DNA of 64,000 nucleotides from Lingula anatina. Taxonomy: Eukaryota; Animalia; Brachiopoda. The position numbers were made by a program, and so were the translations under genes. The first letter of the stretch is position 1. Every line of letters starts with the position of its first letter. The notes under the pieces are model-generated. The model was not told the DNA's origin. It searched no databases and saw only the letters and a program-made list of their open reading frames with translations. Location: contig CM120648.1 in NCBI GenBank assembly GCA_051362555.1, forward strand, positions 6,692,587-6,756,586. The letters are read 5' to 3'. This document shows, piece after piece, positions 49,768 to 62,200 of this stretch.

Positions 49768-50803
49768 CGGGACACCCCAGGCCAGGAGATGAAGTAGCCA
49801 CTGGTATTTGGGTTTGTCCATCCAGCTGCTCCGCTCGCCAACCAGCGTCTCTCTCACCTGCCACGCGATCAGCATGGTCCAGAAGAACGACGCCAAGCTG
49901 CCCACGCTGGATAGGAAGCTTTGGACTACGCAGATACCGTTGGGGTATTGACAGCTGTGAAGTGCCTGGAATTTAAGTATGATGAGAATTCAAGAAAAAA
50001 AGTGAAAAAACAAAAAGTGATTCTGGGAATTATCACTCAGTCAGAAAAGCCCCAGTGTTTCATGGAATTAACATTCAATATTACTCCCAGGGCCTTGGCT
50101 GCTGCGTAGGTTTCCAATTCTGCGCTAGGCTGCTAGTTGATGCTTGTACTGTATACTGTCAGAGACCAATGAAACCAAGGGTGCCAGAAAACGGAATCAA
50201 AACACTTGACATGATTTACAGAAGAAATGTAGGCTAAATTAATGAATAGATACACCGATGTGTTAATTAATCAATGAATGAATTAAATAATAAACTTCAT
50301 GCATACAAAATGATTGGAAGTTTGATCTATTCAGTGATAGGAATAGAGGTCGGCCTATACAAGCACTGTACTGTAGGCCCTACACGTAGGCCTATGAATG
50401 AATGACGTTGGTTAGAGGGGAACAAACGCAATGATTATTGGTATAATGCACATTACTATGTAGTACATTCATAGAATTTTACACTCAAGTTCCTTTTTTT
50501 CAAATAAAAACTTGGAATGAAAGAAATAAGATGAAGTGGAAAACTAAATAAAGGTGTGACCTGAGAACTGTTCATGGCAGGACGGCCGCTAGAGGACAAC
50601 TCCAACGCCCAAGACGCGCCAATCAGGTTGCCCACCGCAGTCAGTAAGTCTGCCGTTGTTAAGAAGAGCAGGAGGCGGCGTCCTGTAGAACGGGTGTCCT
50701 TCAGGAAGATCCAGGCCGCAAATACCACAAAACACCCAACACAAGAGAGCGAGCTGGTGACTATGGCCACAATGTACACATTTCTATCGAAGTCGGATCT
50801 CAT
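47850..50803 (-). CDS. GPR157-like 7TM GPCR, copy G (long ECL2); exons 50803-50561, 49965-49767, 49531-49104, 48673-48461, 48131-47850
   Basis: RRLLLFLTTADLL, CVVQSFL..ASFFWT, HLLAWGVP, TAGWCWIK, GKGWE, VPLMFIALRIWGTIR, GDSGQGLGNSLIYC; intact frame. Confidence 0.88.
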
Positions 50804-52447
50804 TTTTGCCTTGCAATGGAGATACTTGTATTATCAGATATCTGCACCTTTCTTCCTTCTTTTCAGATGTTTTGCCTGTCTTGCCGCATAGAAATCTACG
50901 GGGTTTGTGGCAAACCCAGAGAATTCCACAGAAGGTCGTTTTTACAGGTGCGCTGTAGTCTCAAACTCAACCGCTTGATAACAAGACCATATTGGGTGAA
51001 TCTGTATACGTGTTGTGGACCAATCTATAAAGAAATGTTAATATTTAACAAATTGACCAGTAAATTGCAACCACTTTTTAAGCGTACATATATCTTTTTT
51101 TCTTAGAAGCGACATCATAGGCCAGCCTTTACTTGGTGTGCGCCCACACATTGCGCCAATGAATCTTGAAATTGTTGACAACTTTTAAAGGTATTTCCGG
51201 TTTTGCATGTTTTAAAGTACCAAACAGTCATTTAGGAGAGATTATATAAATCGCCTTGTTTATAAAATGCAAATAACATCAGCGGATCTTTTATTCATAA
51301 TGATAATAAAATGCAACATGCAACTGGATTGACAATCAAGATTACGTTCTCAAGAAAAGCACATACTGGTTGTCCAACGTTGGAAGAAAATGAAAATGAT
51401 GAAATTACCTTTTGCTGCTCTCTTCACTGTGTTTACTGTGCAAATACAACTCACCCCATTCTGCGTTATCTAGGTCAGGACATAATCGGCAAATATCACG
51501 TAATGTATAGGCCTACCACATGAGATAAAAATCCACAGATGGACTGCAATTTAGCATCCCCTGACAAGAAGCTGTTTGCTGACCTAAATATCATATTACT
51601 GAAAAAGCTCCCCCCTTCTCCAGAGGTAGAGGGTCAAAATCGGGGTGGTTTAAATATCAAAACACGAACACATGCACCTACATGTACATATAATATCCAG
51701 AAAGTCTGTAAGACAGAAGCAAAAGTGAAACCAAGAGAAAAATTTAAGGGAGTGCTTTGAGTATGTATGTCATGAAGTTGGTTGAGGGTGACAACATTCT
51801 GGTCTTAAAATGTCGCGCGATGTGACGTGACAACTTTCCACTCTGCCCGTCCTCAGACCTGACCCTGAGTTTTCTGAGTGAAGCAAAAATGTCTTTTTTA
51901 AAAATAAAAAAGTATTAAATAAAACAATATACAAGGGGGGAGTGTATATGAAACTCTGCAATTCAGGCTTAAGACCTTTGCCGGTATATCAGTTAGGGTC
52001 AGCTTTATCTTATCCATGTGATTTGTTATCCAGAATAATCAAAAATGCCCCCCCCCTCCTGTCGCCCCTGAACGGTATGTGGATCATGACAACAATGACA
52101 GAATGCGTGTCGCCGCCTGGTGTCGCTGTGTCATAGGCGAGGTAGGGAATTTATCCTTCTTCTTTCTGTATTTCTTTTTGTTCACAGAAAATTGAAGATG
52201 CTCGCAGCGGCAAAAATAAGTTATGGCAGCCCCATACTATTTATTTGCAGCGTAGTCGTGTTCAATAAGATATATATATATATTATTGTACATATACAGG
52301 TCAATCAACTAGTATTACATGGATTGAAAAAGTCAAGCTAGATAAAAAACATCACGTGGGCAAAAATAAGAAGGTCATGACAATTCTAGATACCAGCAAA
52401 AATTAAAAAAGCTCAACCATTTTTTGGTATTCACAGCTATAGAACCC

Positions 52448-52492
<45 letters not shown>

Positions 52493-52778
52493 AAGAGATT
52501 ATGAAAAAGCTGGTTTCTTGCAACAGCAGTAAATGTTGTTATTTTTTTAAGGTCGCTTATCCGGTAAACGTAGCATGGCAAATGTACCAAGCTGCTTCAT
52601 AAACATATAAACATTGTTAATATTTTTTTTTCATATTTGAGAATTAATAATATTTTCAGCTTACAAGATGCATATATTATTTTAAGGCGTCTGTGCTTAG
52701 ACGCCTGTGTTCTTATACCATTATTTGACATAGTGTGGATCTGTCTGTCGTTTATAGAGCGTTCAAATCAATCGTTAT

Positions 52779-55307
52779 TCAGGTGTCTGCGTTTAAACTA
52801 GTCGGCGTTCCTACTATGAAAATATCCTCGGGCGTATTTTTAGCGAAGGTGGAACCTTTCGAACTGAGAGGTGTGGACCTGCGACTGTGGCTCGATCCTC
52901 GAGCTATCTCAACACCACTGCTCGGCTCTGTGTGATCTAAGATGGCCGCGCTTAACGAGTCTCTGATGGAGTCGAAGTCGTCGGTCTCGGGGCGGAGGCC
53001 ACAGACGGCACATATCCGGACGCGCACTGAATCGGTGAGGAAGCAATAAATGAGGCAGTTGCCAATGCCCTGTCCATTGTCGCCGAATGCCTGGTATAAA
53101 AGGACAACAATGAATTGGTTATTTTGTAACCTTGTTTAAATGTAGACATATTATTCTTTTTCGAAATAATTTTATTTATTTATTTTACCTGTTTATTTAC
53201 TTATATTGATATTAATGAATTGATTAAATTTTATACGCAATTGTTATAAGTGCCATAATGCCCAGCATATAGACGTAGGTGCCCAAGTAACGATTGGACA
53301 GTTCACATTAAATTCAATGTACATGTATCATCTAGGCGACATGACGATATTATCGTATAAAAAACACAATAAACACGTACCTGAAATACTGCTAATACCA
53401 CGTTGACGACAGTGTGGAATGTAGGATTCTCCACTACCCCATACGCTGCCCAATAGCAGCTGTTAGCCACAAATCGTATGGTCCCCCAAATGCGTAAGAA
53501 TATAAAAATGATAGGAATGGCTTTCATGACGCGGTCAGCCCGACTCACGGCGTCTTGAGTAGCTCGGTCCACGTACATAGATTCTGTTTGGCGGATCTGA
53601 GTGACAGAAAAGAAGTTTATTTTATCTGCCTCTAATGACACTTTTTCTAATAGGGAATAAACGGTTTCCTGTACATACTGTTAGAGGGTGGGATGATAGA
53701 TTGACTGCATGAAGGAGTAAGTCGGTCCATAATAATTCATCCTAGCAAGTCCATAAATCAAACAAATTATTGTTAACTTACAGGAAAGAAGACTAAATGT
53801 GAGTTTTGCAGGATAAATAACGGGACAGAGGTAAAAAATGCTGACACTTTAAGATGAGAAGAGAGAAAAATGACGTCACATCGTGACGTCAGAGCACTTG
53901 CCGTGGATTTCAGATTCCAGCGAAGCGCAGTGTAAATTACCGGCACGGTGAAGTAGACGAAGATTTCCCAAACCTTACCCGCTGCCAGAGGTAGTCCCAC
54001 CATTAAACCTAAGAGATTTTTCTACTTTAACAAACTAGATAATATTTATATATATAGTTACCATTGTGTGAACTATTTTATATTCGATGAAATAGTTTCC
54101 AGCTGCCTTTTGTCGGTTCTAAAAGAGCCTGAATTAAGTGCTTACTACATTTACCTGAAAGCCATATGCCATTTAAACTTTATTAACTTGTCGATGTGTA
54201 GGCCTACGTAAGTCCTCCCCTCACCCCTGGTTCAAAGGGCTAATTCTTTAAAAATAAATGAACTCCCTTCAGAGACCACAAATAGTAGGCTACGTCATTG
54301 AAGATCACAAACCTAGGTCATGTCGGTCGAAGTCTGCCTGGCAGATCTTAATCCAGCACCATCCTGCGGTGAATGCAGTGCCCCCTATACTGCGGTCTGG
54401 GGAGTAGATGAAACCGAGGCGCTGGTATCGGGCTATTATGGCGGTCACGGTGACTGCAGAACGGCAACCAATGATTTTATAATTGAAATATTTATGAATA
54501 TATAACTAAATTAATTAACATTTGCATACATTTCGAATTCTGTTTAATCTCTTAATGATATCTGATATTGAAAATGCTGCATAACATACATGTGCATTGT
54601 ATGAATGAATAAATATATGTAGATCAGCTGTATTTTATATGGTTGCTTAAGAGCTTTCGAACTGTTTTTGGTTTTAACACAATATTTAACCACTTATAAC
54701 ACGCTCAAATAAAAGTTAACATCGGTTTTCTCACTTTAATCTCACCCACAGGTCTTTTTCTGTGTAGATACTAGTAGTTACTCATGGATACCAGTAGATC
54801 ACAGAAAGTCTTCCTTGGATTGAAGGACAATGTAACAATTTTAAAAACTAAACACTTACGTGGAACACCCCATGCGATGACGTGCAATATCCATTGAAAC
54901 CTATCCATCCAGCTTGGCGAATTTTTCAGAAGTGATTCTCTGACTTCCCAGGCTATGATTATCGTCCAGATGAAGGACGAAATTAACCCAGTGGTCCCTA
55001 TAAAACTCTGAGCTACGCAAACTGGGCTAGGTTTTTCGCATTCAGATGTCACGTTTACGTTAGAAATGTTCGGTCGTGACGTCATATACATCGCCCAAGA
55101 TGCACCCGTCGCGTTACTTATGCACACTAAGAAATCGGCAATTGACAGGTAAAGCAGGAGCTGCCGAGAAGAAGAACGAGTTTCTTTGAACAAGAAAAAA
55201 GTGGCAAAAATGACAAAACAGCCAAGCAGTGAAAATATGCATGTTACTATTGAAATAAGATAAATAGCTGGCGTAATGATATTATAGTCGTCGTCAATGA
55301 AAACCAT
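52779..55307 (-). CDS. GPR157-like 7TM GPCR, copy H; exons 55307-54860, 54453-54313, 54008-53902 (GC donor), 53596-53381, 53090-52779
   Basis: RQLLLYLSIADF, CVAQSFI..SSFIWT, HVIAWGVP, TAGWCWIK, GKVWE, IPIIFIFLRIWGTIR, GDNGQGIGNCLIYC. Frame is intact using ACG|gcaagt at the position where paralogs have ACG|gt. Confidence 0.85.
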
Positions 55308-57557
55308 GTCTCATAAAGTGTCTATTTTAGGACTTTGTTTTGTTAGTTTTGTATAGAATTTAGTGATTTCCTAAATTTCCTTTAATTTTTCTACTGTTAT
55401 ATCACATTTGATAGTTTTATCCGTCAACACTATATATCGAAATTCCGTCCTTTGATATTCAGTTTTTATTAATAGGTCGTGCCATATCGTTAGTGACGTT
55501 TGCCTAGGTTATATTGACTTTTTTATGACGTCACAGTTGAAAAGTGGTCCTTTCACGTCATGATGCATCTGTCATTTCATGTGAGTTCGTCTAATTTACT
55601 GTTTAATCCGTGAAGCTGTTGTTACGTGTGTATTTTACTGAGTTGCTCTCCTGTGAAGTATCGTATTTCTTGTTTTATATACTATCATCCAAAGGAGCCA
55701 CTGTCGTATGATGTGCTATAGTAAAAAGATATAAAAATGGACTTAGATTATATAAGGTTATACTATCAGCAGATTTCTTTAACAAGCATATTAAGCATAC
55801 GAATTTCTATAACCCATATTTGACAACATTTCCTAAGCCAACTATTCGAACTTGGTATTTAACAATCACTAATGCATTTAAACGGCAATCGTTATCTTGT
55901 TCGTTTTAATTGTCATCAGTTTATATTAAATAATATAAACATGCTTCGATTGTTACAAGTGATTATTCACCCTAATACGGTTAATTAACTGCCATTAATT
56001 TAAGTCCACTATGTGGAATTATCTTAAAAACAAGGACGCCGCGTTAAACATTAAACCATGACTTATTCAATATACTTACAAAAGTGTAGCAGTGCAGGTG
56101 ATGATTCAGCACGAGCCCAGGACAAAGACTGTGCAAACAAAGCCAATTGTTATCAGGTATATACACGCGGTGATGACTGGAACCACATGAACTGATGTGA
56201 CCGTTGTTGGGATGCATCTAGATAGACCTCGGATGTATTTATCTCTCATATTTATCAAAATATTATCAATATATATATAATAACTCCCTCTAAATAAAAG
56301 TCTACTCACCTTTTATTGATTTTTGTAAATGGGTTGCTTTTGTTTTTTGGATGGTTATTTCATTTTTTAAAATATTCTAGTTAGTTAAAAAGGCACATTT
56401 TATTAGTAAATTAGTCAATATATATAAAAATGAAAGAAAAAAATAATTGTCCAAGCAATAAAAGAAAATTGTGATAAGAATTTTAACTTCCTCATATCGT
56501 TTGATAATGTATCATGGGGGTTGAGCCCGCTGATCATAAGTACGTTGAATTCATTGAACGCCCGACATTTTCACACGCAGTACAACTGAAATTAAAACGG
56601 CCGAATCGGTGCACGAGTGATCTCAGCGCCTTTGTTTTACATTTGGGTACATTTGGGAAGAAATGTATATGTAGTTACTCGCTTGACACATTATTTTAAG
56701 TCTACCGTGTGTAAATGGGACAAAATACTAGAATTATCAACGAATTCAGCGTTATCTCTTCCTTGTAAATTCAACCCAGTTCACATTCCTCGTGTTCGTC
56801 TCAAACAATGCTTTAATACGGAAAAAAAGTTATCAGTTCTTTTCCATCAAAGTCAAACCTGTCGTACCTGCACTAAGTCTCATTTGATACCTGTGGATCA
56901 GCATGGTTCACAAACCTGTTGTAAGAGGACAAAGGGAACCACGCTGTAAACCAGGAAAAGAATGGCATCTTACGTCGGATACGAATGATACCAATTTGCA
57001 TTTGAATGCAGTAAAAGAAGTCCTGAAAGAAGTAGTCTTGTAAGCCATTATATCTTCACCCAGTTTATTACCTAGCAAGGGATAAACACGTCAGGAAAAA
57101 CCAGGTCCCCCAACGTCGTTAAGCAATTAAGTAGGTACGATACGATACGACAATAAAAGCGTACACAGATCAGCAATATCGTAAGTTGGTTAATTAGTTA
57201 CCAAACTCCTATGTTGTGTATATTATGGGCTTAGTGCTTAACATAAAACGTTAGCCATAATTGTACAGAAGGGTAGAAAGGTTGTGGTACAAATTTCTGC
57301 GGCTGCATCCTCGTAAGTGACTTGCATTGGATAGATGGAGTCTATGTTGCGTCATGCAGCGTCACTAGATAAGCAGATTACACGTGAATCAGACGTTAAA
57401 CCTTGGACGATCACGTAATATGTCGTGCAAGTACACAGGAGTTTATGTGAATTCAGCACTAAACAATTGGGTTGTTGTGAATGAATGGTTGGTTATCTAT
57501 AAATAGGAAAACGAGGATCCAACGTGCTTAATTCTACATTTCAGTGTGAAATGTACA

Positions 57558-58523
57558 ATGGAGGTAAATCAAGAAATTGAAATAAATGACGTCACTTTGA
57601 AGGTCCATGGTGATCACAGGCAGCCGGGGAACTGTTTGCAAAACAATGTTCCTGTCAGTCTAGCGCTTCGCATCGACACCAGAGACGGAAAAGAAACAGC
57701 AGATGGCGCCAGGACATTCCTCAAGCATAGTGACGTTACAAAAACTATCGCTGAGTATGTGACGTCACATACGTTTACCAGCCCGGAAAACATTGCCGAA
57801 GATGTCGCAAAGGTAACTATTGTTGGTTTTCAAACCACTTGGGTTGAAGTCAGAGTTAATGTGGTAGAAGAGGGACCGCAGTCTGTACATAATCCTGGCA
57901 CAATTAACATAAGAAGAACAAGGGAAGATTTTCCCCGACCCATCGTTTTTATATCCCTTGGATCAAACATCTGTCCCGAGAAGAACTTAACAAATGCTGT
58001 TAGATTACTCAGAGAAAGGACCACTGTTGTTGCCGCGTCCAAGGTTTTTATCACCCCGCCTCAACTGGACACTAACCAACCGCCATACCACAACATGGCC
58101 GTCAAAATTCTAACGCCTGGCGACCCATATGATCTTAAAAGGGCGTTGTATGATATTGAGGACAAGCTGTTGCGCGTGCGCGATCCGCTGCGTAAGAATG
58201 GGCCCCACACCATAGATTTGGATATTTCGTTTTGGGATGACGTCACATTTAGCTTCACGGCGTTCAACAGAGACACACTGGGAACTTCCGAGAAGACGAC
58301 CTTAAGCGATCACACGAAGGTCAAATCGGGTACAAAATTACAGCAAATCCCACATCCGGACACCCTGAAGTTTGCCCATACCATTGTTCCTCTCGCCGAC
58401 CTTGACCCAGATTTTAAACATCCAGTCGTGATGAAGACGTTAGCTGAAGTTGCAATGGAAGTGACAGGACACGTTGACTTTAAGGGTGTGTTTGAAACTG
58501 CAGACTTTAAAATTTACGATTAA
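57558..58523 (+). CDS. folB-folK: Intronless fusion of a degenerate dihydroneopterin aldolase (FolB/DHNA) domain and a 6-hydroxymethyl-7,8-dihydropterin pyrophosphokinase (FolK/HPPK) domain, 321 aa
   Basis: The C-terminal part carries HPPK motifs FISLGSN, TPP...QPPYHN, IE...RVR, GPHTIDLDI, IPHP and VPLADLDPDFKHP. The N-terminal ~125 aa follow the FolB pattern (IEINDV..VHG, VSLALRID, PENIAEDVA, VEVRV, GTINIRR). ATG is in a strong context (ACAATGG); TATAAATA at 57498-57505. Confidence 0.85.
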   Translation: MEVNQEIEINDVTLKVHGDHRQPGNCLQNNVPVSLALRIDTRDGKETADGARTFLKHSDVTKTIAEYVTSHTFTSPENIAEDVAKVTIVGFQTTWVEVRVNVVEEGPQSVHNPGTINIRRTREDFPRPIVFISLGSNICPEKNLTNAVRLLRERTTVVAASKVFITPPQLDTNQPPYHNMAVKILTPGDPYDLKRALYDIEDKLLRVRDPLRKNGPHTIDLDISFWDDVTFSFTAFNRDTLGTSEKTTLSDHTKVKSGTKLQQIPHPDTLKFAHTIVPLADLDPDFKHPVVMKTLAEVAMEVTGHVDFKGVFETADFKIYD

Positions 58524-59270
58524 AATCATGTATATGCAGGTGCACGTACATTTGAACTCTGTCAATACATCTACGTTGTTTTATTTAAGGCTGCATGTTG
58601 AATAGAAATACAGACCATACAGATGCATACATAATGCACATGTAGTACGACTACTGGTACCACCATCAACGATACATTGTACATGACATTTCAGGCCTGA
58701 TAAAACGTAAAATACATTTGGTAAGAATGTGTATATTATCAATAACAAGCTATATATGGCATTTAGAAAAATCAAAGGTCTCGCTATACCTGTAGAGACG
58801 TATTAAATGGGGATAAGTTTCTATCACCCAAGGCAGCACTGGGATTTTCCACTACTGTAACAACTGTAAGGTATACATATATGCACAATGCTCTCCTATT
58901 GTGTACCAGAACCGCAGATTGCTTTTTTCGCAATATGTTCACAGACATATCTTTGGCAAATTATGTGCGCTTTCCAGCGAGAATCTTTTCATAGAGTTGT
59001 CGTCCCCACTCAGCTGGGTTTTGGTAGCTATATTTGTGCCCTATCTACTAAGCTTTATCGTCCAAAAACATGACCAATTGTTAAATTTTGCGATAAAAGC
59101 ATGAAACTTGGCCAGATTCATTGCTTGTAAAATACTGATGCACCTAGTGTCACCTGGTGACCTATATTTTTTCATAATGTTTGTCACCACCATATCTGAC
59201 CGCCTTGCATGTTTTCCATGTGTCAATAAACCCATGGAAAATAGTTATGAGAAGGGAAAATCCTTGGTCA

Positions 59271-62200
59271 TTATTTTCTTCTCCATTGCTTCTTACCAAG
59301 CAGCACTGTCTCCACCGCGACCAGGGGGACCTCTATCGTCAAGGACACTAGAAAAGCGGCGCCAAAACTAACCACGACGTGGCCGATGAATATGTATGCC
59401 TGGAAATAAATACGTATGACTGGAAATAAATCATTAACCGTTCATTCAATAACCCCAATGACAATATTATTAACATTATTGTTATTACATTACTATTGCT
59501 GTTGTTGTTGACGTGCATTAAATAAGTAATAATGATAGTTTACCAAAATTTCATGCGGCATTTAAAGCGTCCCTAAGTTTTGACGGTGCCCTTTCTATCC
59601 GTTCTAACCTCCAACCCCCTCCCCCCAAATATATCAAACAACTATATTACAAACAGAATACCAAGCGGAGAAAATAATTAATGTTAATACTATTATTACA
59701 TTTACTTCTGCTCGTCTTCCATCAATGTTTATTCAGACTAATCCCCCGACCCCTTGGTAAAAACCAGGATCCGCCAGTGGTGTTATGATATTACAGGGCC
59801 GGATTGTGGCCGTCTTCTGGTTCTTCCAGAAGACGGCCAGACGGTCAGATTTTCAAGTTAGGATTGACGGGTATTTGATTTTTTCTGTTGGAAGACGGTC
59901 AAAAATGGAGGATGGAGCAACAAAGATAATTTGGAAGACTGTCAGAAAATATCTCTGGCTTACCATCATTGAATCGGTCATATACAGCATGGTCCTCTGG
60001 CTCATCCCGAACCACACCATGACTGGCAGATGGATGAGGAAAACAGAGTACACCAGGCGGCTGAGGGGCGTCCATGCCGGGTGGGACAGTAGACTGTTAA
60101 CGACACCTTTGAGAAAGAGGGGGGGAAATTAAGTCATGCCATTATTACGCAGAGGCGAAGTGTACTAGTACTACAGTGAGATCCAGGAAAACTATTTGAA
60201 AATTCCGCTGCAGATGTTTTTTTTTTTTTTTTTTTTGCAACAATTCTACATATAAACCCACTGACAGCTGACAGCTGCAGTCAAATTAAGTAAAAGTAAA
60301 AAGTTGTTAAACGCTTGATGTCAATACTAAGCTCCAAATTCGCCCCTAAGACTGCAAGAACTCATTTGATTTTTCTCATACCACCATGTCCTGTAACGCA
60401 AGCTAAAATAATCCAGGCCACACCCATTGCAAAAGCTGGTCTTGATATAGCGTCATAGGCAGCGCCACCTATATCTGACCATAGACTGTCCCCGCCCCCT
60501 TCATGCACGTTGCCATGGTAAACGTAGATGACTGACGTACAGAGTCCCAGTGACGTAATCCAACCAAAGAGTACAGCTGCCTGGCAAACAAGACTTTGAC
60601 GGTAGGAACTGTCTTAGCCACCAAGTGCCAATTATCACATGTAGTATAGGGTCTACACGTATAGCCATACCATCATGGTAATCAGTCAAAAATTATTACT
60701 ATTATTTTTTATTATTATTATTCAGTTATTTTCGAACGCTGCTGATGTTTTTATCTTAAAATTAGCACATTTTAATACAAATCTAGATAAAAAAGGAGGA
60801 AATTATTTTCATGTACGGCACTAAATGAATGAAATAATATATGAAAAATTAAAACATAGCTATAATTAAGTAGAGTGGAAATATTCTACCGTACTGTGGG
60901 TAGTTTCAGCGTGCATTGCGTTCTGTTGAGGGCGTATCCCAGCAACACACCCACCAGGTAAGGTCCCACACGGCACCATGGCGCCACGTATACACTCGTG
61001 AACATATCTAAGCTGAGCAAAATGAGAATAAAGGTAGTTGCAGGATATTGTCTCTCTAGGTGTGCCGTTATGAATAATATGATCCAGGTTAAAAAACACA
61101 CTTCACATGTACATGTACATCTACGTAGGAGAATATCGAGACGTAGTCCTTTATATTACCCTATTGTTGACGATAGACAACGGTGACATGTAAGCTGAAC
61201 ATAAATAGAAAATTGCCCACATTTCCATTTCCTTTAGAAAAAAACGTGTTAGTGTGTACTCACTTCATAAAACTCAGGCTAGGAACGTCACTCGTACTCC
61301 TGACACCATAAGATATAAGACCAGTGGCAATGATACTGGCCACCAAGAGTAAGACGCAAAGTATGACACCCAACGCTGGTATCCTGAACCGCAAATACAA
61401 AAGAAAATAATTCTAGTGAAAAATAAGTTTCCGTTTTTTGAAATTCATTTCCACTTCAATTCTTACATTTCGTTCATTTTGTGCAATACTTGGTTATAAA
61501 AGAGGCTTGAATAAAAAGAAACCATCTCTAACAAAGTTATGGAAAAACGATGCAGATAAAAGTAAAAAAGTCTCTTTATCACTAGGAACTATATCGCCCC
61601 CTCACTCGTGATCTAGATAGTGACTTTCACATGTTAAGTTAAGACAAGTTGAGAATCGATCTTCTACTCACCAAAATAATGGCAGTAGGAACAACGGGGA
61701 TATAACGTAGAACTGCATATCGTTGGAAAGATACCACGTCCAACCCATGCACTAAATGATGACCAAAAATAGAAAGAGTTTGATCCATATGTTTATGAAC
61801 ATAGAATACAATGGACACTTTCAGTTGAAAAGTGCGCTGAATAATGACGACAAATATATATTTGTGTAAAACATTTGTATAATGCAATGTTGATCTAATT
61901 TTGACCATTCCTTGTGTATTGTTCTGTGTTTTGTTCTATGAAATTCTGACAATAAATATACAGGTACAAGTATGCAGTTACCATCATTAATCTTTTAACA
62001 ATGTTCCTTTTCACAATGTCAACTGAATAGGATGTGAGGATGGACAACAGACAGACAGACAAATAAAAAAATCAAAAGGCGTACGAATATCAAAACAGAC
62101 ACAACTCACCATTTCCGCTGGATTGACCAAATTATTGACATAGAGAAGATTTTGCCACCAATTCATGCGGCAGTATTTCTCATCGGTCGAGTACTCCGGG

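Noticed and set aside
54313-54453. Suspected frameshift or missing ECL2 exon in copy H
   Set aside because: Careful reading gives an open exon (LTVTAIIAR...TAGWCWIKIC) with compatible phases on both sides.
57558-58523. Simple bacterial contamination as the explanation for the folB-folK ORF
   Set aside because: There are no neighbouring bacterial ORFs or operon context, and the flanks are AT-rich with eukaryotic signals and continuous with intron-containing genes. This is disfavoured but needs read-level confirmation.
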